Virus record (IMG/VR): IMGVR_UViG_3300044614_002230
Coordinates: 1,705-65,704 of that record
Strand: one strand, 5' to 3'
DNA length: 64,000 nucleotides
From: a virus
Taxonomy: Duplodnaviria; Caudoviricetes
In this document: positions 55,705-63,904 of the stretch, one piece after another
How positions within the stretch are numbered: position 1 is the stretch's first letter
How the letters are laid out: each line of letters begins with the position of its first letter
Notes under the pieces: generated by a model
What the model was told of the DNA's origin: nothing
Seen by the model: only the letters and a program-made list of their open reading frames with translations
Databases searched by the model: none
Translations under genes and position numbers: made by a program

Positions 55705-56202
55705 TCACTCAAAGAAACCGCGCATAACATGATATTTTTGCCCTTGGTTATAGTGGTCAGCTTCCAGGTTGTATGTGAAGTTGAAACTTTTTCCTGTGAT
55801 GTGGTTCAATGGCACAAAAAAATGATCTTCGTTATCAATGAATTGATTATATACTGTAATCCAAACAATTTCCGCCGTTTTGGCTTGCAACTCTTTAGTT
55901 CCGAGTTTCATTAGCCAATAATCACCTCTTTGATTACGGTTATTCACTAGTCTTTTGTATTTTGCCTCTACAGAGCGATCTGTCTCTTCACAGAATAGAT
56001 CGTGCCCGTTTGTGGAATCTCTGGGAATCGAGAGATATTTACTTAATGCCAATTCGTGCAAAACACACAGCTCTATGCCGCCAGACTCAGCGAGTTCCTC
56101 GATTGCTGTGTATTGCTCGTCAGTGAAATGAGGATAAACGTAACGAACGTACTTTCTGACAAGGGGTTTGTGGTAATTTGCCACACGTTGAGTTGTTGCC
56201 AT
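55705..56202 (-). CDS. Putative PD-(D/E)XK endonuclease
   Basis: HELAL...GHDL......SVEAKYK catalytic-like spacing. Confidence 0.55.
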   Translation of the reverse strand: MATTQRVANYHKPLVRKYVRYVYPHFTDEQYTAIEELAESGGIELCVLHELALSKYLSIPRDSTNGHDLFCEETDRSVEAKYKRLVNNRNQRGDYWLMKLGTKELQAKTAEIVWITVYNQFIDNEDHFFVPLNHITGKSFNFTYNLEADHYNQGQKYHVMRGFFE

Positions 56203-56208
56203 AAAAAT

Positions 56209-56472
56209 TCAAAGGTACCAGCAGGGCTCACGGTGCCCTTCCATGATTTCATACTGGTAGTCATACCAGGTTTCCGTGACTTGTTCGAAGGGAGAAACTT
56301 CTAAGCTGATTTCATCACGAGCTATTACAAACAATTCTTGGTAAAGACTATCGAAAGAATCTTTGGTGCCGTCATAGCCCATGAAAGCATCGTCGTTGAG
56401 CAGTTTGCCGTGCATCTGACAGGCGGCGGTCAGAGCTACGGCTTCAGGGGAGACAGTGTCGAGTGTTTTCAT
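56209..56472 (-). CDS. Hypothetical acidic protein
   Basis: Leaderless-type promoter directly upstream. Confidence 0.65.
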   Translation of the reverse strand: MKTLDTVSPEAVALTAACQMHGKLLNDDAFMGYDGTKDSFDSLYQELFVIARDEISLEVSPFEQVTETWYDYQYEIMEGHREPCWYL

Positions 56473-56530
56473 ATTTCAAGTATAACGTGGTTGTAGGCAG
56501 AAAGGCAACGAGTCAAGGCCGACCGTAACT
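56473..56530 (-). promoter_or_regulatory. Early/middle promoter, degenerate box
   Basis: TATACT-N6-ATG; CCACG.TATACT shared with other cassettes. Confidence 0.6.
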
Positions 56531-56541
56531 ATTCTTTAGGT

Positions 56542-57192
56542 TCAGGCAACCAGGCCCTCAACCGAAGGGTAAACCTCGCGAGTAAGTTGTTCAATCCTAG
56601 AGCGCACAAGCGACCTATACTCACCAACTTCATCCTCACCTAGTACAGCAAACGGTGCAGTCTCAGCGCTGTACCAGCTGTCCCAAGCATCATTCCAGCT
56701 ATCAGCAAATTCCGCCTTGAGTTCATCACGGAAGACGACCCAATCAAAGTTGCTAACGCGACCCAAGTCCGCAGCCAGAGCCAGCAATTCTTTCTCTGGA
56801 GCCACAAATTTACTACGGCGGCTCGTATCAACTTGGTCTAGCACCGGTTGATAAAGTTCCAGAGCTCGAAGCTCCTCCTCCTTAATAATCAACCAGGCAG
56901 GCACTTCACCAGGAGCCAACTCGCTATATTTACGTAGCAATTCCGCTTCAGCAGCCCGCCAGCGGTAGTGCAGTTTGGTTTGAACAGGTTGTTTGCTCGC
57001 TTTGGTACCCCTAGCCTTTGCAGCAACCTTTTCGGCTGCCTTTGCAGCAAGAATAATCTGCTTTTGATCAGCAGTCAGGTTGGCGTAGCCAAAATATTCG
57101 CGAGCCTGGAGAGCTTGCTGCAACTCAGCAATGTTCTCGGAGGACCAACCGGCCAGGTTTTGCAGTTTTGAGAAGTTCATGTCGTTTTTCAT
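56542..57192 (-). CDS. Hypothetical protein
   Basis: Repeated promoter cassette upstream. Confidence 0.7.
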   Translation of the reverse strand: MKNDMNFSKLQNLAGWSSENIAELQQALQAREYFGYANLTADQKQIILAAKAAEKVAAKARGTKASKQPVQTKLHYRWRAAEAELLRKYSELAPGEVPAWLIIKEEELRALELYQPVLDQVDTSRRSKFVAPEKELLALAADLGRVSNFDWVVFRDELKAEFADSWNDAWDSWYSAETAPFAVLGEDEVGEYRSLVRSRIEQLTREVYPSVEGLVA

Positions 57193-57268
57193 TACCTTAA
57201 TAGTATAGCGTGGAGTGACCTAAAAGAAAAGGGGGCAAACCGAACCATTTGGTTCGGGTTACCGAACC
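57193..57268 (-). promoter_or_regulatory. Early/middle promoter cassette with two palindromic boxes
   Basis: GGTTCGGTAACCCGAACC-N4-GGTTCGGTTTGCCCCC-TTTTCT-N17-TATACT. Confidence 0.75.
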
Positions 57269-57273
57269 TTTGC

Positions 57274-57537
57274 CTAGACCCGCCAGGGGTCCAAGTCCTT
57301 GATCCTGGCGATCAAGGTGTCCACCTCGCCCACAGTACAGTAGCGGACGACGTCACTCGTGATTTCAGTTTCGTATGTCAAGTGTGCCCGCTTGCCTTCG
57401 GTGTGTTGAAGCACGGCAACTTCGTAGTGCTCCCCGTCTTCTTCAGGTACTACTGAAATGCCGTAGCCGTTGTCAAACAATTGCTGGTGCATAAATCCCC
57501 GAGGATGGGGACGAACGTTCAAGTCAGCCAATTTCAT
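57274..57537 (-). CDS. Conserved small phage protein (FDNGYGISVV...YEVAVL family)
   Basis: Recognisable motif of a widespread phage early protein. Confidence 0.7.
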   Translation of the reverse strand: MKLADLNVRPHPRGFMHQQLFDNGYGISVVPEEDGEHYEVAVLQHTEGKRAHLTYETEITSDVVRYCTVGEVDTLIARIKDLDPWRV

Positions 57538-57772
57538 TTAAAACCTCGTTGTATTCGTCTTCGTCGGTAATGTCTTCAACAGCACCCAGCAATTCTTCGT
57601 CGGTGTACTCTCTCAGGTACTCTGACTGAACATCAAAAAAGAAACGCTCAAGGTCGCGACCATTCATGCTGTCGAGATAGCGCATGGCCACCAAATCAAT
57701 CAGATAATCGCGTTGCTCAACGGTTAAGGGTTGAGAGGTCGGGGATTGCGTCGGATTCGGAAGAGAGATCAT
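57524..57772 (-). CDS. Hypothetical acidic protein (start approximate)
   Basis: YLDSMNGRDLERFFFD...Y.DEELL; similar to 59765..59968 product. Confidence 0.6.
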   Translation of the reverse strand: MISLPNPTQSPTSQPLTVEQRDYLIDLVAMRYLDSMNGRDLERFFFDVQSEYLREYTDEELLGAVEDITDEDEYNEVLNEIG

Positions 57773-57868
57773 CGGTGTCAAAGAGATTGTTGAAAAGTTC
57801 GTCAAGGAAGGATTCTGTTTCCTCGTCGCTAAGTGTAGCAAAACGAAAGTTAGGGTCGATTCGTTTCA

Positions 57869-58288
57869 TTAGTAGTAACACCTAAAGTAATGGTCGCCGT
57901 AACGATCAACGTCGTGGTCAAGGAGATATTCGGCAGTAGCTTCCCAGTCCACCACAATCATGTAGCGCAAGCGATCAACTTCGTCATCGAGAAAATCTTC
58001 AGCCATTCGTGCTGGGGAGGAGTATTCACCGATGTAGGCATTTTCGAACCGGTCAAGTTCATCCAGACCACCAACCTTATTGATAAAGCAATCAACGGCT
58101 TCGTAACCGTAGTTTTCACCGAGTTCAACGTACTCTTCGTAGTATTCACGGAACTCCTCCTCATTGTGCTCATCGATAAAAACAAGCATGTCGTCGAGAG
58201 CATACAAGTCATCAACCAAACGGTCAACAACCTCAACGGTTTCGGGTGCGAGTGTATCGCGGTAAGAGGAGGTCAAGGTAACAGTCAT
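57869..58288 (-). CDS. ardA: ArdA-like antirestriction (DNA mimic) protein
   Basis: Very acidic; FENAYIGEYSS...AEDFL...VDWEATAEYL C-terminal ArdA pattern. Confidence 0.7.
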   Translation of the reverse strand: MTVTLTSSYRDTLAPETVEVVDRLVDDLYALDDMLVFIDEHNEEEFREYYEEYVELGENYGYEAVDCFINKVGGLDELDRFENAYIGEYSSPARMAEDFLDDEVDRLRYMIVVDWEATAEYLLDHDVDRYGDHYFRCYY

Positions 58289-58299
58289 TGTTGTTTGTA

Positions 58300-58482
58300 T
58301 CAGTAGTTTGGGTTTGGATTTTGTGAGCTAAACATCGCCACGGCTTCAAGGATTTTGTGATGCTCCTCCGTAGGCTCGTAGTCTTCAACGTTGTCAAAAG
58401 GGCCGAGAATCACGTCAAGCTGATCACATATCATTTTGTGAAGAATGGCGTAGTTTCTCTCACTCAAGTAAACAGTTGCCAC
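58300..58482 (-). CDS. Hypothetical protein
   Basis: Operon packing. Confidence 0.5.
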   Translation of the reverse strand: MATVYLSERNYAILHKMICDQLDVILGPFDNVEDYEPTEEHHKILEAVAMFSSQNPNPNY

Positions 58483-58510
58483 GGCTAGTTACCATTCAAA
58501 AAATCGTAGA

Positions 58511-58717
58511 TCACAGACGTTGCGAGCCGTTCTTGATCAGACGATCCCACTGGGCGTAAGCTTCCTCGGTGCTAATCCGCTCAAAGAACTTCTTACGGAA
58601 GGTGCCTTTCTTGGTAGGGGTTCCAAGGTAACAATCGTAAGAGTTTCCGACCCGCTTGTAGATAAAACTGCTCCCAACAAGAGTAACGAAAGTTACGGTT
58701 GATTGATTCATTTCCAT
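58511..58717 (-). CDS. Hypothetical protein
   Basis: Operon packing. Confidence 0.55.
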   Translation of the reverse strand: MEMNQSTVTFVTLVGSSFIYKRVGNSYDCYLGTPTKKGTFRKKFFERISTEEAYAQWDRLIKNGSQRL

Positions 58718-58735
58718 GGTTGTTTCAGTCAGTGC

Positions 58736-58909
58736 TCAGTTACCGTTCAAGAAGTCGTGAATAGCTTCGCGGTACTCCTCGTAGGTAGAGTAACGATCAC
58801 GAAGGTGAGCGGGCACCCTCTTATCGGCTACCGCAGGAGTTTTGCGGATTTCCATCAGGGAGTAGCCTTTCTGGACCAGGTATTCTTCGTAGCAATTCAA
58901 GTTTTTCAT
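58736..58909 (-). CDS. Hypothetical protein (start moved to ATG at about 58909)
   Basis: MKNLNCYEEYL...YEEYREAIHDFLNGN; starts just after upstream stop. Confidence 0.6.
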   Translation of the reverse strand: MKNLNCYEEYLVQKGYSLMEIRKTPAVADKRVPAHLRDRYSTYEEYREAIHDFLNGN

Positions 58910-58910
58910 A

Positions 58911-59282
58911 TCAATAAACCATTGACCATTGACCGTTTTTGCCTTCAGTGACCTTGAAATCGAACTCTCGATCTTCGGTGGCATCAACAAACGTACCGGT
59001 AAAAGTCTTACCGTCTTCGCTCAGGAAATAGTTGTTATACTGGCAAGGGGGCAGCCCATCTTCGTCATGAATGGCGGAAACGCCAGGAGCGTAAACTTCA
59101 GAGATAGTCTTTATCAAGAAAGCAGTAACCTCTTGAGCCACAGGATCATTTGCAATTGCTGCCTCGATTTTTTCTCCCTCTTCCGTGAAAGCTTCAAACA
59201 TTTCATCCAGCGAGTTAAACCCCTGGAAGGTCATGCCAGTAAAGGGATCGGGGGGGAGGGTCATAGTGCTTTCGTCTTTCAT
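58911..59282 (-). CDS. Hypothetical protein (start moved to 59282)
   Basis: ATG 6 nt after -10 box. Confidence 0.7.
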   Translation of the reverse strand: MKDESTMTLPPDPFTGMTFQGFNSLDEMFEAFTEEGEKIEAAIANDPVAQEVTAFLIKTISEVYAPGVSAIHDEDGLPPCQYNNYFLSEDGKTFTGTFVDATEDREFDFKVTEGKNGQWSMVY

Positions 59283-59356
59283 ACTAATATAATACCAGGG
59301 GTTCGGGATTTTGTAAAGGGGTGGAAACCGAACCAAGTGGTTCGGGTAACCGTACC
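59283..59356 (-). promoter_or_regulatory. Early/middle promoter cassette with two palindromic boxes
   Basis: GGTACGGTTACCCGAACC-N4-GGTTCGGTTTCCACCCC-TTTACA-N17-TATTAT-N6-ATG. Confidence 0.75.
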
Positions 59357-59701
59357 TCAGGCAGCCCCCAGCACCAGGCGGTCAGCAGAGGTACCGACGC
59401 GGAAAGCACCGTTCCACAGGTAGGACCCCCAGAAAAAACGACCCTCGGTGTCATAGAATTCGGCGGTAACCGACCCGAGCTCAAGGCGGTCAGCCTCGGC
59501 TTCCAAGTCTCGCAGGTTGGTTACCCCGAAAGCGTTTTTCAGGAGTTTCAGATTGCTGTAGACCATTCCGTTAACTTTAAAGCCCACGAAACGGTTTTGG
59601 TCAACGAGCAGGTCGCGGCGCTTGTAACCAGCCTGGACGACCTGCCCAGAATAAAGGTTTGAGACCGTGGGGCGACGGGTAGTGGCGGTTTTGCTTTTCA
59701 T
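59357..59701 (-). CDS. Hypothetical protein (start moved to 59701)
   Basis: ATG 6 nt after -10 box; GC-rich codon usage. Confidence 0.7.
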   Translation of the reverse strand: MKSKTATTRRPTVSNLYSGQVVQAGYKRRDLLVDQNRFVGFKVNGMVYSNLKLLKNAFGVTNLRDLEAEADRLELGSVTAEFYDTEGRFFWGSYLWNGAFRVGTSADRLVLGAA

Positions 59702-59774
59702 ATTATTATCATACATCACTCTCGCCCAGAAGTAAAGGGGGTAAACCGAACCACCAAGGTACGGTTAACCGTCC
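59702..59774 (-). promoter_or_regulatory. Early/middle promoter cassette with two palindromic boxes
   Basis: GGACGGTTAACCGTACC...GGTTCGGTTTACCCCC-TTTACT-N17-TATGAT-N6-ATG. Confidence 0.75.
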
Positions 59775-59968
59775 TTTTCCTCCAGTAGTTCAGGAGCATA
59801 GGTTTCGGCGTAAGCCCACAGGTCTGCCCACTCCTGGTGTACAAGGTCGTCGTACAGCATGTCCCAAACCATTCGACGCATTTCTTCCAGGGTCATGGTG
59901 CGAATAATTCCGTCAACAATCTCCTCGGCGACAGTGCCGCGATCCTCTTCAACCCAGTTGTTTCTCAA
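59765..59968 (-). CDS. Hypothetical protein
   Basis: Operon packing; ends YAPELLEE. Confidence 0.6.
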   Translation of the reverse strand: MRNNWVEEDRGTVAEEIVDGIIRTMTLEEMRRMVWDMLYDDLVHQEWADLWAYAETYAPELLEEKDG

Positions 59969-59973
59969 AGTAG

Positions 59974-60132
59974 TTACACTCCTTGATCTTTAAAATTGAT
60001 GCAAATTTTTTCAAAAGAGATGTCGCCTTTTATATATTTATCGTAAAGTCCTTGTTGTTGCAATTTGACAACTTCGACTTCAGTAAATTGAGAAAAAAGA
60101 AATTTCTCTCTACTTTTTTCAGAATTAGTCAT
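59974..60132 (-). CDS. 52-aa hypothetical protein (below ORF-track cutoff)
   Basis: ATGA overlap with DUF1599 stop; MTNSEKSREKFLFSQF...DQGV. Confidence 0.5.
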   Translation of the reverse strand: MTNSEKSREKFLFSQFTEVEVVKLQQQGLYDKYIKGDISFEKICINFKDQGV

Positions 60133-60431
60133 GACACGACAAACTGTTCTGATCTTCGTTGTTGCATCTGAGCGACTTTAAATAAAACTAGGTAACCAAC
60201 AAGGTCTGAAATAACGTCTTCGTCTTCATCGTCTTGTGCATTTTTCAGTCGACTCAGTTTATCGTCCAGTCTGACTTTTAGCTGTTCGATTGTACTAGCT
60301 TTACTAAAAATGCGGACCGGGTTTAATGCAGAGTCCCCATACTTTCTGTTTTTCTCTAATAGCAACTGCTTGATTTGATCACATACAGTTGCAATGTCTT
60401 GTTGAGACTGTGTGGTAATTCCTTCGCTCAT
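60129..60431 (-). CDS. DUF1599 / nucleotide-modification-associated domain protein
   Basis: LLLEKNRKYGDSAL.P..IFS...VRLDDKLSR...DLVGYLVL. Confidence 0.85.
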   Translation of the reverse strand: MSEGITTQSQQDIATVCDQIKQLLLEKNRKYGDSALNPVRIFSKASTIEQLKVRLDDKLSRLKNAQDDEDEDVISDLVGYLVLFKVAQMQQRRSEQFVVS

Positions 60432-60649
60432 AGTTTTCCACCGACAGACCCATCATAGCTTTTACTCTGTTCTGGGAAACCTTCTTGCTTGGCTTTCAGC
60501 CACCATCGGGTTGCTGCGATGCACGACTCTTCGCTGTGAGAAGTAATCAGCTCTTTTTCGTCCAGGTCGACAGAAACGTAAGTGCCCCATTGCTGCTTTC
60601 GGACCCAAAAAGCATCATCAATCACAAACACCTCGTCCGGCCTCGAAAC
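60428..60649 (-). CDS. Hypothetical protein (start approximate)
   Basis: IDDAFWV...WGTYVS...YDGSVGGKL, cyanophage-type small protein. Confidence 0.6.
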   Translation of the reverse strand, partial: VSRPDEVFVIDDAFWVRKQQWGTYVSVDLDEKELITSHSEESCIAATRWWLKAKQEGFPEQSKSYDGSVGGKL

Positions 60650-60851
60650 CCATGTCATAGGCTGCTTTGAGCCAGTTGCGGAGGCATTCATTGTTACCGT
60701 ATTCGCAGTCGTTGTAGAATCGCTCTGCTCTGAACCCGAAGCCTTCCATTTCATAGAACCAGTCCTCAAATTTCTCATTAGTTTGAATGTAGTTAGCTAC
60801 TTGTTTTGATTGTTCGCGAATCCGCTCTCGTTTAGCTTCTTGCTCAGTCAT
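60618..60851 (-). CDS. Hypothetical protein
   Basis: FEDWFYEMEGFGFRAERFY...WLKAAY family. Confidence 0.65.
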   Translation of the reverse strand: MTEQEAKRERIREQSKQVANYIQTNEKFEDWFYEMEGFGFRAERFYNDCEYGNNECLRNWLKAAYDMGFEAGRGVCD

Positions 60852-61047
60852 CGTTATAAAGCAACTCCCCTTGTTGATACTGCCACCGAAGTAATGTCGG
60901 TATGACTGTCGGTTGCATACCTACGTGCTCCAGGGCATACTCAAACCATATTGCCATGGTCTCCAGAACCAGAGTAACTTTACCGTCGTCAGGATCACAG
61001 TTGAGAGCCTGTCCGAGTGCCAACTGCAACTTTGTGTACTTAGCCAT
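60844..61047 (-). CDS. Hypothetical protein
   Basis: Overlap-coupled ORF. Confidence 0.55.
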   Translation of the reverse strand: MAKYTKLQLALGQALNCDPDDGKVTLVLETMAIWFEYALEHVGMQPTVIPTLLRWQYQQGELLYNDD

Positions 61048-61261
61048 TGTTAAACTTCCCGAGGTCAAATTTGCCCAAGGAATTTAGTGAGTCCTCGGCA
61101 ACATTCAACTGAACACCATCAAGGATTTTTACAACATCCTCCAGGGTTTCTCGTCTGGTCTTTTCATCATACATTCCAGAGTAGTTCGCAACTTGCAAGC
61201 TGCGGTATAAGCAATCTACGATTACCATTAGTTGTGAAGCAGTTAGTTTGACAGCACTCAT
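61040..61261 (-). CDS. Hypothetical protein
   Basis: ATGA-coupled. Confidence 0.55.
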   Translation of the reverse strand: MSAVKLTASQLMVIVDCLYRSLQVANYSGMYDEKTRRETLEDVVKILDGVQLNVAEDSLNSLGKFDLGKFNNG

Positions 61262-61563
61262 TGCGATACCCTTCGAAATTCTTCCATAAATTCCTCACCC
61301 ATTAATTTTGTAATGTCCCCCGGTTTCAGGTTGCTGATCGTTTTCATGCACTCTCGAAACCGTCGTTCATTCTCCTCTTCGGAAATTTGCTCCTGCTTCA
61401 GGAAAACTTTCAAGGTTCTGCCTTCGTCCTGCAAACTTACTTGTACGTTGCTGCAGCCGTAACGGACAAACTCTCTCCCGTCGTCTGTGATAACCTCAAT
61501 GCGAGTGACCTCGGGATAGTTTTTAAGGAAGTCCCCGTTCGGTTGTTGTATGTCATTACTCAC
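61258..61563 (-). CDS. Hypothetical protein (VTRIEVI...SLQDEGRTLKVF family)
   Basis: Widespread phage motif. Confidence 0.65.
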   Translation of the reverse strand: MSNDIQQPNGDFLKNYPEVTRIEVITDDGREFVRYGCSNVQVSLQDEGRTLKVFLKQEQISEEENERRFRECMKTISNLKPGDITKLMGEEFMEEFRRVSQ

Positions 61564-61924
61564 TTGCAGCCTCCTCCCTCAGTTCGGTTGTAATCCAGTC
61601 AATCTGAGGACCGAACTCCTCCTCCAACCACGTTGCTACTTCGCGAATCGCAGCTCGTGCTTCCGGTTGACCAGCACTCTTTGAACGTGCGTATTCAACG
61701 TAGATTGCGTGTTGAACCCTCTCCACAAGTGAGTCTTCTCTGTCCAACGCAATCAATCGGTCAAGTTTGTCCTGGTGCGGTTTCTGCGTGGTTTCCAGCG
61801 CCTCGACCCTCGCACGCAGTTCGAGGATACAGCAGGCCATGGACCACCTCAGCCCGGTAATGTTATTTGGCGATTTGCCCTCAGTCTGGGCCCACTGCTC
61901 GGGTGTTGCTCGATACTCACTCAT
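61556..61924 (-). CDS. Hypothetical protein (ATPEQW...CILELRARVEALE...EARAAIREVA family)
   Basis: Cyanophage-type motif; start moved to MSEYRAT. Confidence 0.65.
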   Translation of the reverse strand: MSEYRATPEQWAQTEGKSPNNITGLRWSMACCILELRARVEALETTQKPHQDKLDRLIALDREDSLVERVQHAIYVEYARSKSAGQPEARAAIREVATWLEEEFGPQIDWITTELREEAASE

Positions 61925-62534
61925 TGCCCCGCCCCGCACCCATGTTGTAAGCATCCCTAAAGATCTCCCAACGCTCGGAATCTTCACCAGTCCCGAAACT
62001 GTTGTATTTCTCGTAGTACGCTTTCATTGCCGGTGACAGCTCGTATTTGACGCAATAGTCCCCATAAAGCGCCGTAATCTTTTTCTCGATGCTTTCGAAC
62101 AGGGCAACGTCCTCGGGGTTGTCAGCATTGTGACCAGCGCAGATACTTGGGTGATTCTCCACAATCGTGTCTAGGCACTCATTCAGGAAGCCAACCTCAT
62201 CCTCGGTCAGTTTGAGGGTAATCTCACCGATTTCGTAAGGAGCAGTAAGCTCTTCCTCCAACTCTTCATCAGTCATAATCGGTTTTTGATTCTTCAACTC
62301 TTTGATTGCAGCAATCTCAGCTTTCACTTCGCTGATTCCTTTGCTAAGGTACCCGTAGTCGCGAGTTTCCGTGCAACCTTTAGTTTCCCCGCAGATGGGG
62401 CATTCGGCTATCCATGTGCTAGACACGCCAACACTGTAGACGCCGTATTTCTGACCACATTCACGACAACAAATGTCGGCTTGTATCAGCTTTTCTAGGA
62501 GGGAGTCCGAAGGGGGAGTGGGTTTGTTTTTCAT
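61917..62534 (-). CDS. Zn-ribbon-containing hypothetical protein
   Basis: CRECGQKYG...CPICG...TETRDYGYL. Confidence 0.7.
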   Translation of the reverse strand: MKNKPTPPSDSLLEKLIQADICCRECGQKYGVYSVGVSSTWIAECPICGETKGCTETRDYGYLSKGISEVKAEIAAIKELKNQKPIMTDEELEEELTAPYEIGEITLKLTEDEVGFLNECLDTIVENHPSICAGHNADNPEDVALFESIEKKITALYGDYCVKYELSPAMKAYYEKYNSFGTGEDSERWEIFRDAYNMGAGRGNE

Positions 62535-62589
62535 GACTTTAGTATAGCGTGGTTTGGCAGGGGTGTAAAGGGCGGTTTACCGCCCCCCC
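62535..62589 (-). promoter_or_regulatory. Early/middle promoter cassette
   Basis: GGGCGGTAAACCGCCC-TTTACA-N17-TATACT-N6-ATG. Confidence 0.75.
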
Positions 62590-63324
62590 TCATATCTTTA
62601 CTCTGGCATTCGGGTCCCAACCATTTGCCCTGTTGTGCTGGACAACGTTCCCTGCGTTACCTACGAACCCGTCCACAGTTGACCTCCATAAGGTGTATGC
62701 TGCTTTTCTGCCATCTTCGGTCATTTTTTCTTTAGATATTCCGTGAACTCCTAACTTTAACTCCACTACCTTGGGTCCACCTATTTTTCCACCTTTCTTT
62801 CCTCCTTCCACTTTTGCTTCGTGGTATTTTTCGTGAGCACCAGGGGCATGTATTCCTACACCTAGTAAAGCAGTTTTGGATCCACCCCTTGTTCCCCACT
62901 CACTGGCGGTTTGAAAGTCGTAGACACCTTCTCCTCTCTCCTTATTTCGTTCTGCTGATGCTTTTCCAGCTTTACTATATCCGCCAGGCGCATGGAATCC
63001 GGTTTTATTCTCAACTTGCCTCAGGCCTATCTCTTGTTTATCTTGTACGTATAATGGTCTTGCCTCCTCCCACAATGAGTCAGGCAAATATTTTACATGC
63101 CACGGACAAAGACAGTTTTCCTTGAGAGCAAGGGTTTGCAAAGCGGATGCTATAGCGTGTTGTTTCAAAGTCAACCATTGCCCCAACGGTAAGTCAGGGA
63201 AAGCAGCCTTAGGCAGCCAGTGATTCCACTCCATTTCGTAATGGTGCGGATCAATGTCGTTAATCCAGTTGTCACGTGCGCATTTGTCAATGTACGCAAC
63301 GTACAAGTCCCAGTAGGAGTCCAT
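62590..63324 (-). CDS. Putative HNH-type homing endonuclease
   Basis: EWNHWLPK...WLTLKQHAIA; Gly/Lys-rich C-terminal repeats; own late promoter. Confidence 0.65.
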   Translation of the reverse strand: MDSYWDLYVAYIDKCARDNWINDIDPHHYEMEWNHWLPKAAFPDLPLGQWLTLKQHAIASALQTLALKENCLCPWHVKYLPDSLWEEARPLYVQDKQEIGLRQVENKTGFHAPGGYSKAGKASAERNKERGEGVYDFQTASEWGTRGGSKTALLGVGIHAPGAHEKYHEAKVEGGKKGGKIGGPKVVELKLGVHGISKEKMTEDGRKAAYTLWRSTVDGFVGNAGNVVQHNRANGWDPNARVKI

Positions 63325-63397
63325 AATACTTTTGAGAGATTTTTAGCGGGAGTCAGAGTTAGAATCTCTCACAAAACTAACTCGTTCTCCCAATCAG

Positions 63398-63405
63398 TTT
63401 TACCC
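63398..63405 (-). promoter_or_regulatory. Putative late promoter GGGTAAAA
   Basis: Upstream of HNH gene, after terminator. Confidence 0.65.
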
Positions 63406-63436
63406 TAAAAATCCGAAGGCGCCGAAGGCGCCCAAT

Positions 63437-63460
63437 AAAGAAAACGCCCCATAAGGGGCA
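63437..63460 (-). terminator. Intrinsic terminator
   Basis: GCCCC-TTAT-GGGGC then GTTTTCTTT on minus strand. Confidence 0.65.
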
Positions 63461-63480
63461 ACAAGGCAACACGCTTAGCC

Positions 63481-63687
63481 TCAGGCACCTTCCAGTTCGT
63501 CGGCGATGGCGCGGAGTTCATTCGCGTCGCAGATCCAGCAATTGTTGTATTGGCGTTGCTGAGTGTGCGCGATAGCAGCACGCAGGGCGGCGGCGATAGC
63601 CAATCTGTCGGCGTTCCACCCTCCTCCAACCGGAGCATCTGAAGATGCGTCCAGAACCGCCTGGGCTTGCGGGGAGAGATCAGCCAT
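63481..63687 (-). CDS. Small protein, LSP.AQAVLDA family (copy 2)
   Basis: MADLSPQAQAVLDA...AAALRAA...AIADELEG. Confidence 0.7.
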   Translation of the reverse strand: MADLSPQAQAVLDASSDAPVGGGWNADRLAIAAALRAAIAHTQQRQYNNCWICDANELRAIADELEGA

Positions 63688-63904
63688 TGGCACCCTCCAG
63701 CTCGGCGGCGATGGCATTCAGCACATCTGCTGGATGTTGCAGTTCAGCCCAACGAAGACACACTTCAACCGCAGCAGCTCGCAGGGCGGCGGCAAGGCAT
63801 TGACGATCTTGCACCATAGGCTCGTCTTGCCAACCAACAAGAAAAGCATCCAGCACCGCCTGCGCGGCGGGGGAGAGATCAGCCATGTCGTTTTTCATTT
63901 TCAT
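63680..63904 (-). CDS. Small protein, LSP.AQAVLDA family (copy 1)
   Basis: MADLSPAAQAVLDA...AAALRAA...AIAAELEG; ATG 6 nt after -10 box. Confidence 0.7.
   Translation of the reverse strand: MKMKNDMADLSPAAQAVLDAFLVGWQDEPMVQDRQCLAAALRAAAVEVCLRWAELQHPADVLNAIAAELEGANG

Noticed and set aside
57230-59774. Palindromic repeats as a possible CRISPR mini-array or attC-like sites
   Set aside because: Copies are dispersed, degenerate and always fused to -35/-10 boxes; no regular spacers and no cas or integrase gene seen.
59983-60171. AT-rich stretch / plus-strand ORF as possible origin or gene
   Set aside because: Accounted for by a coupled 52-aa minus-strand ORF (59974-60132).
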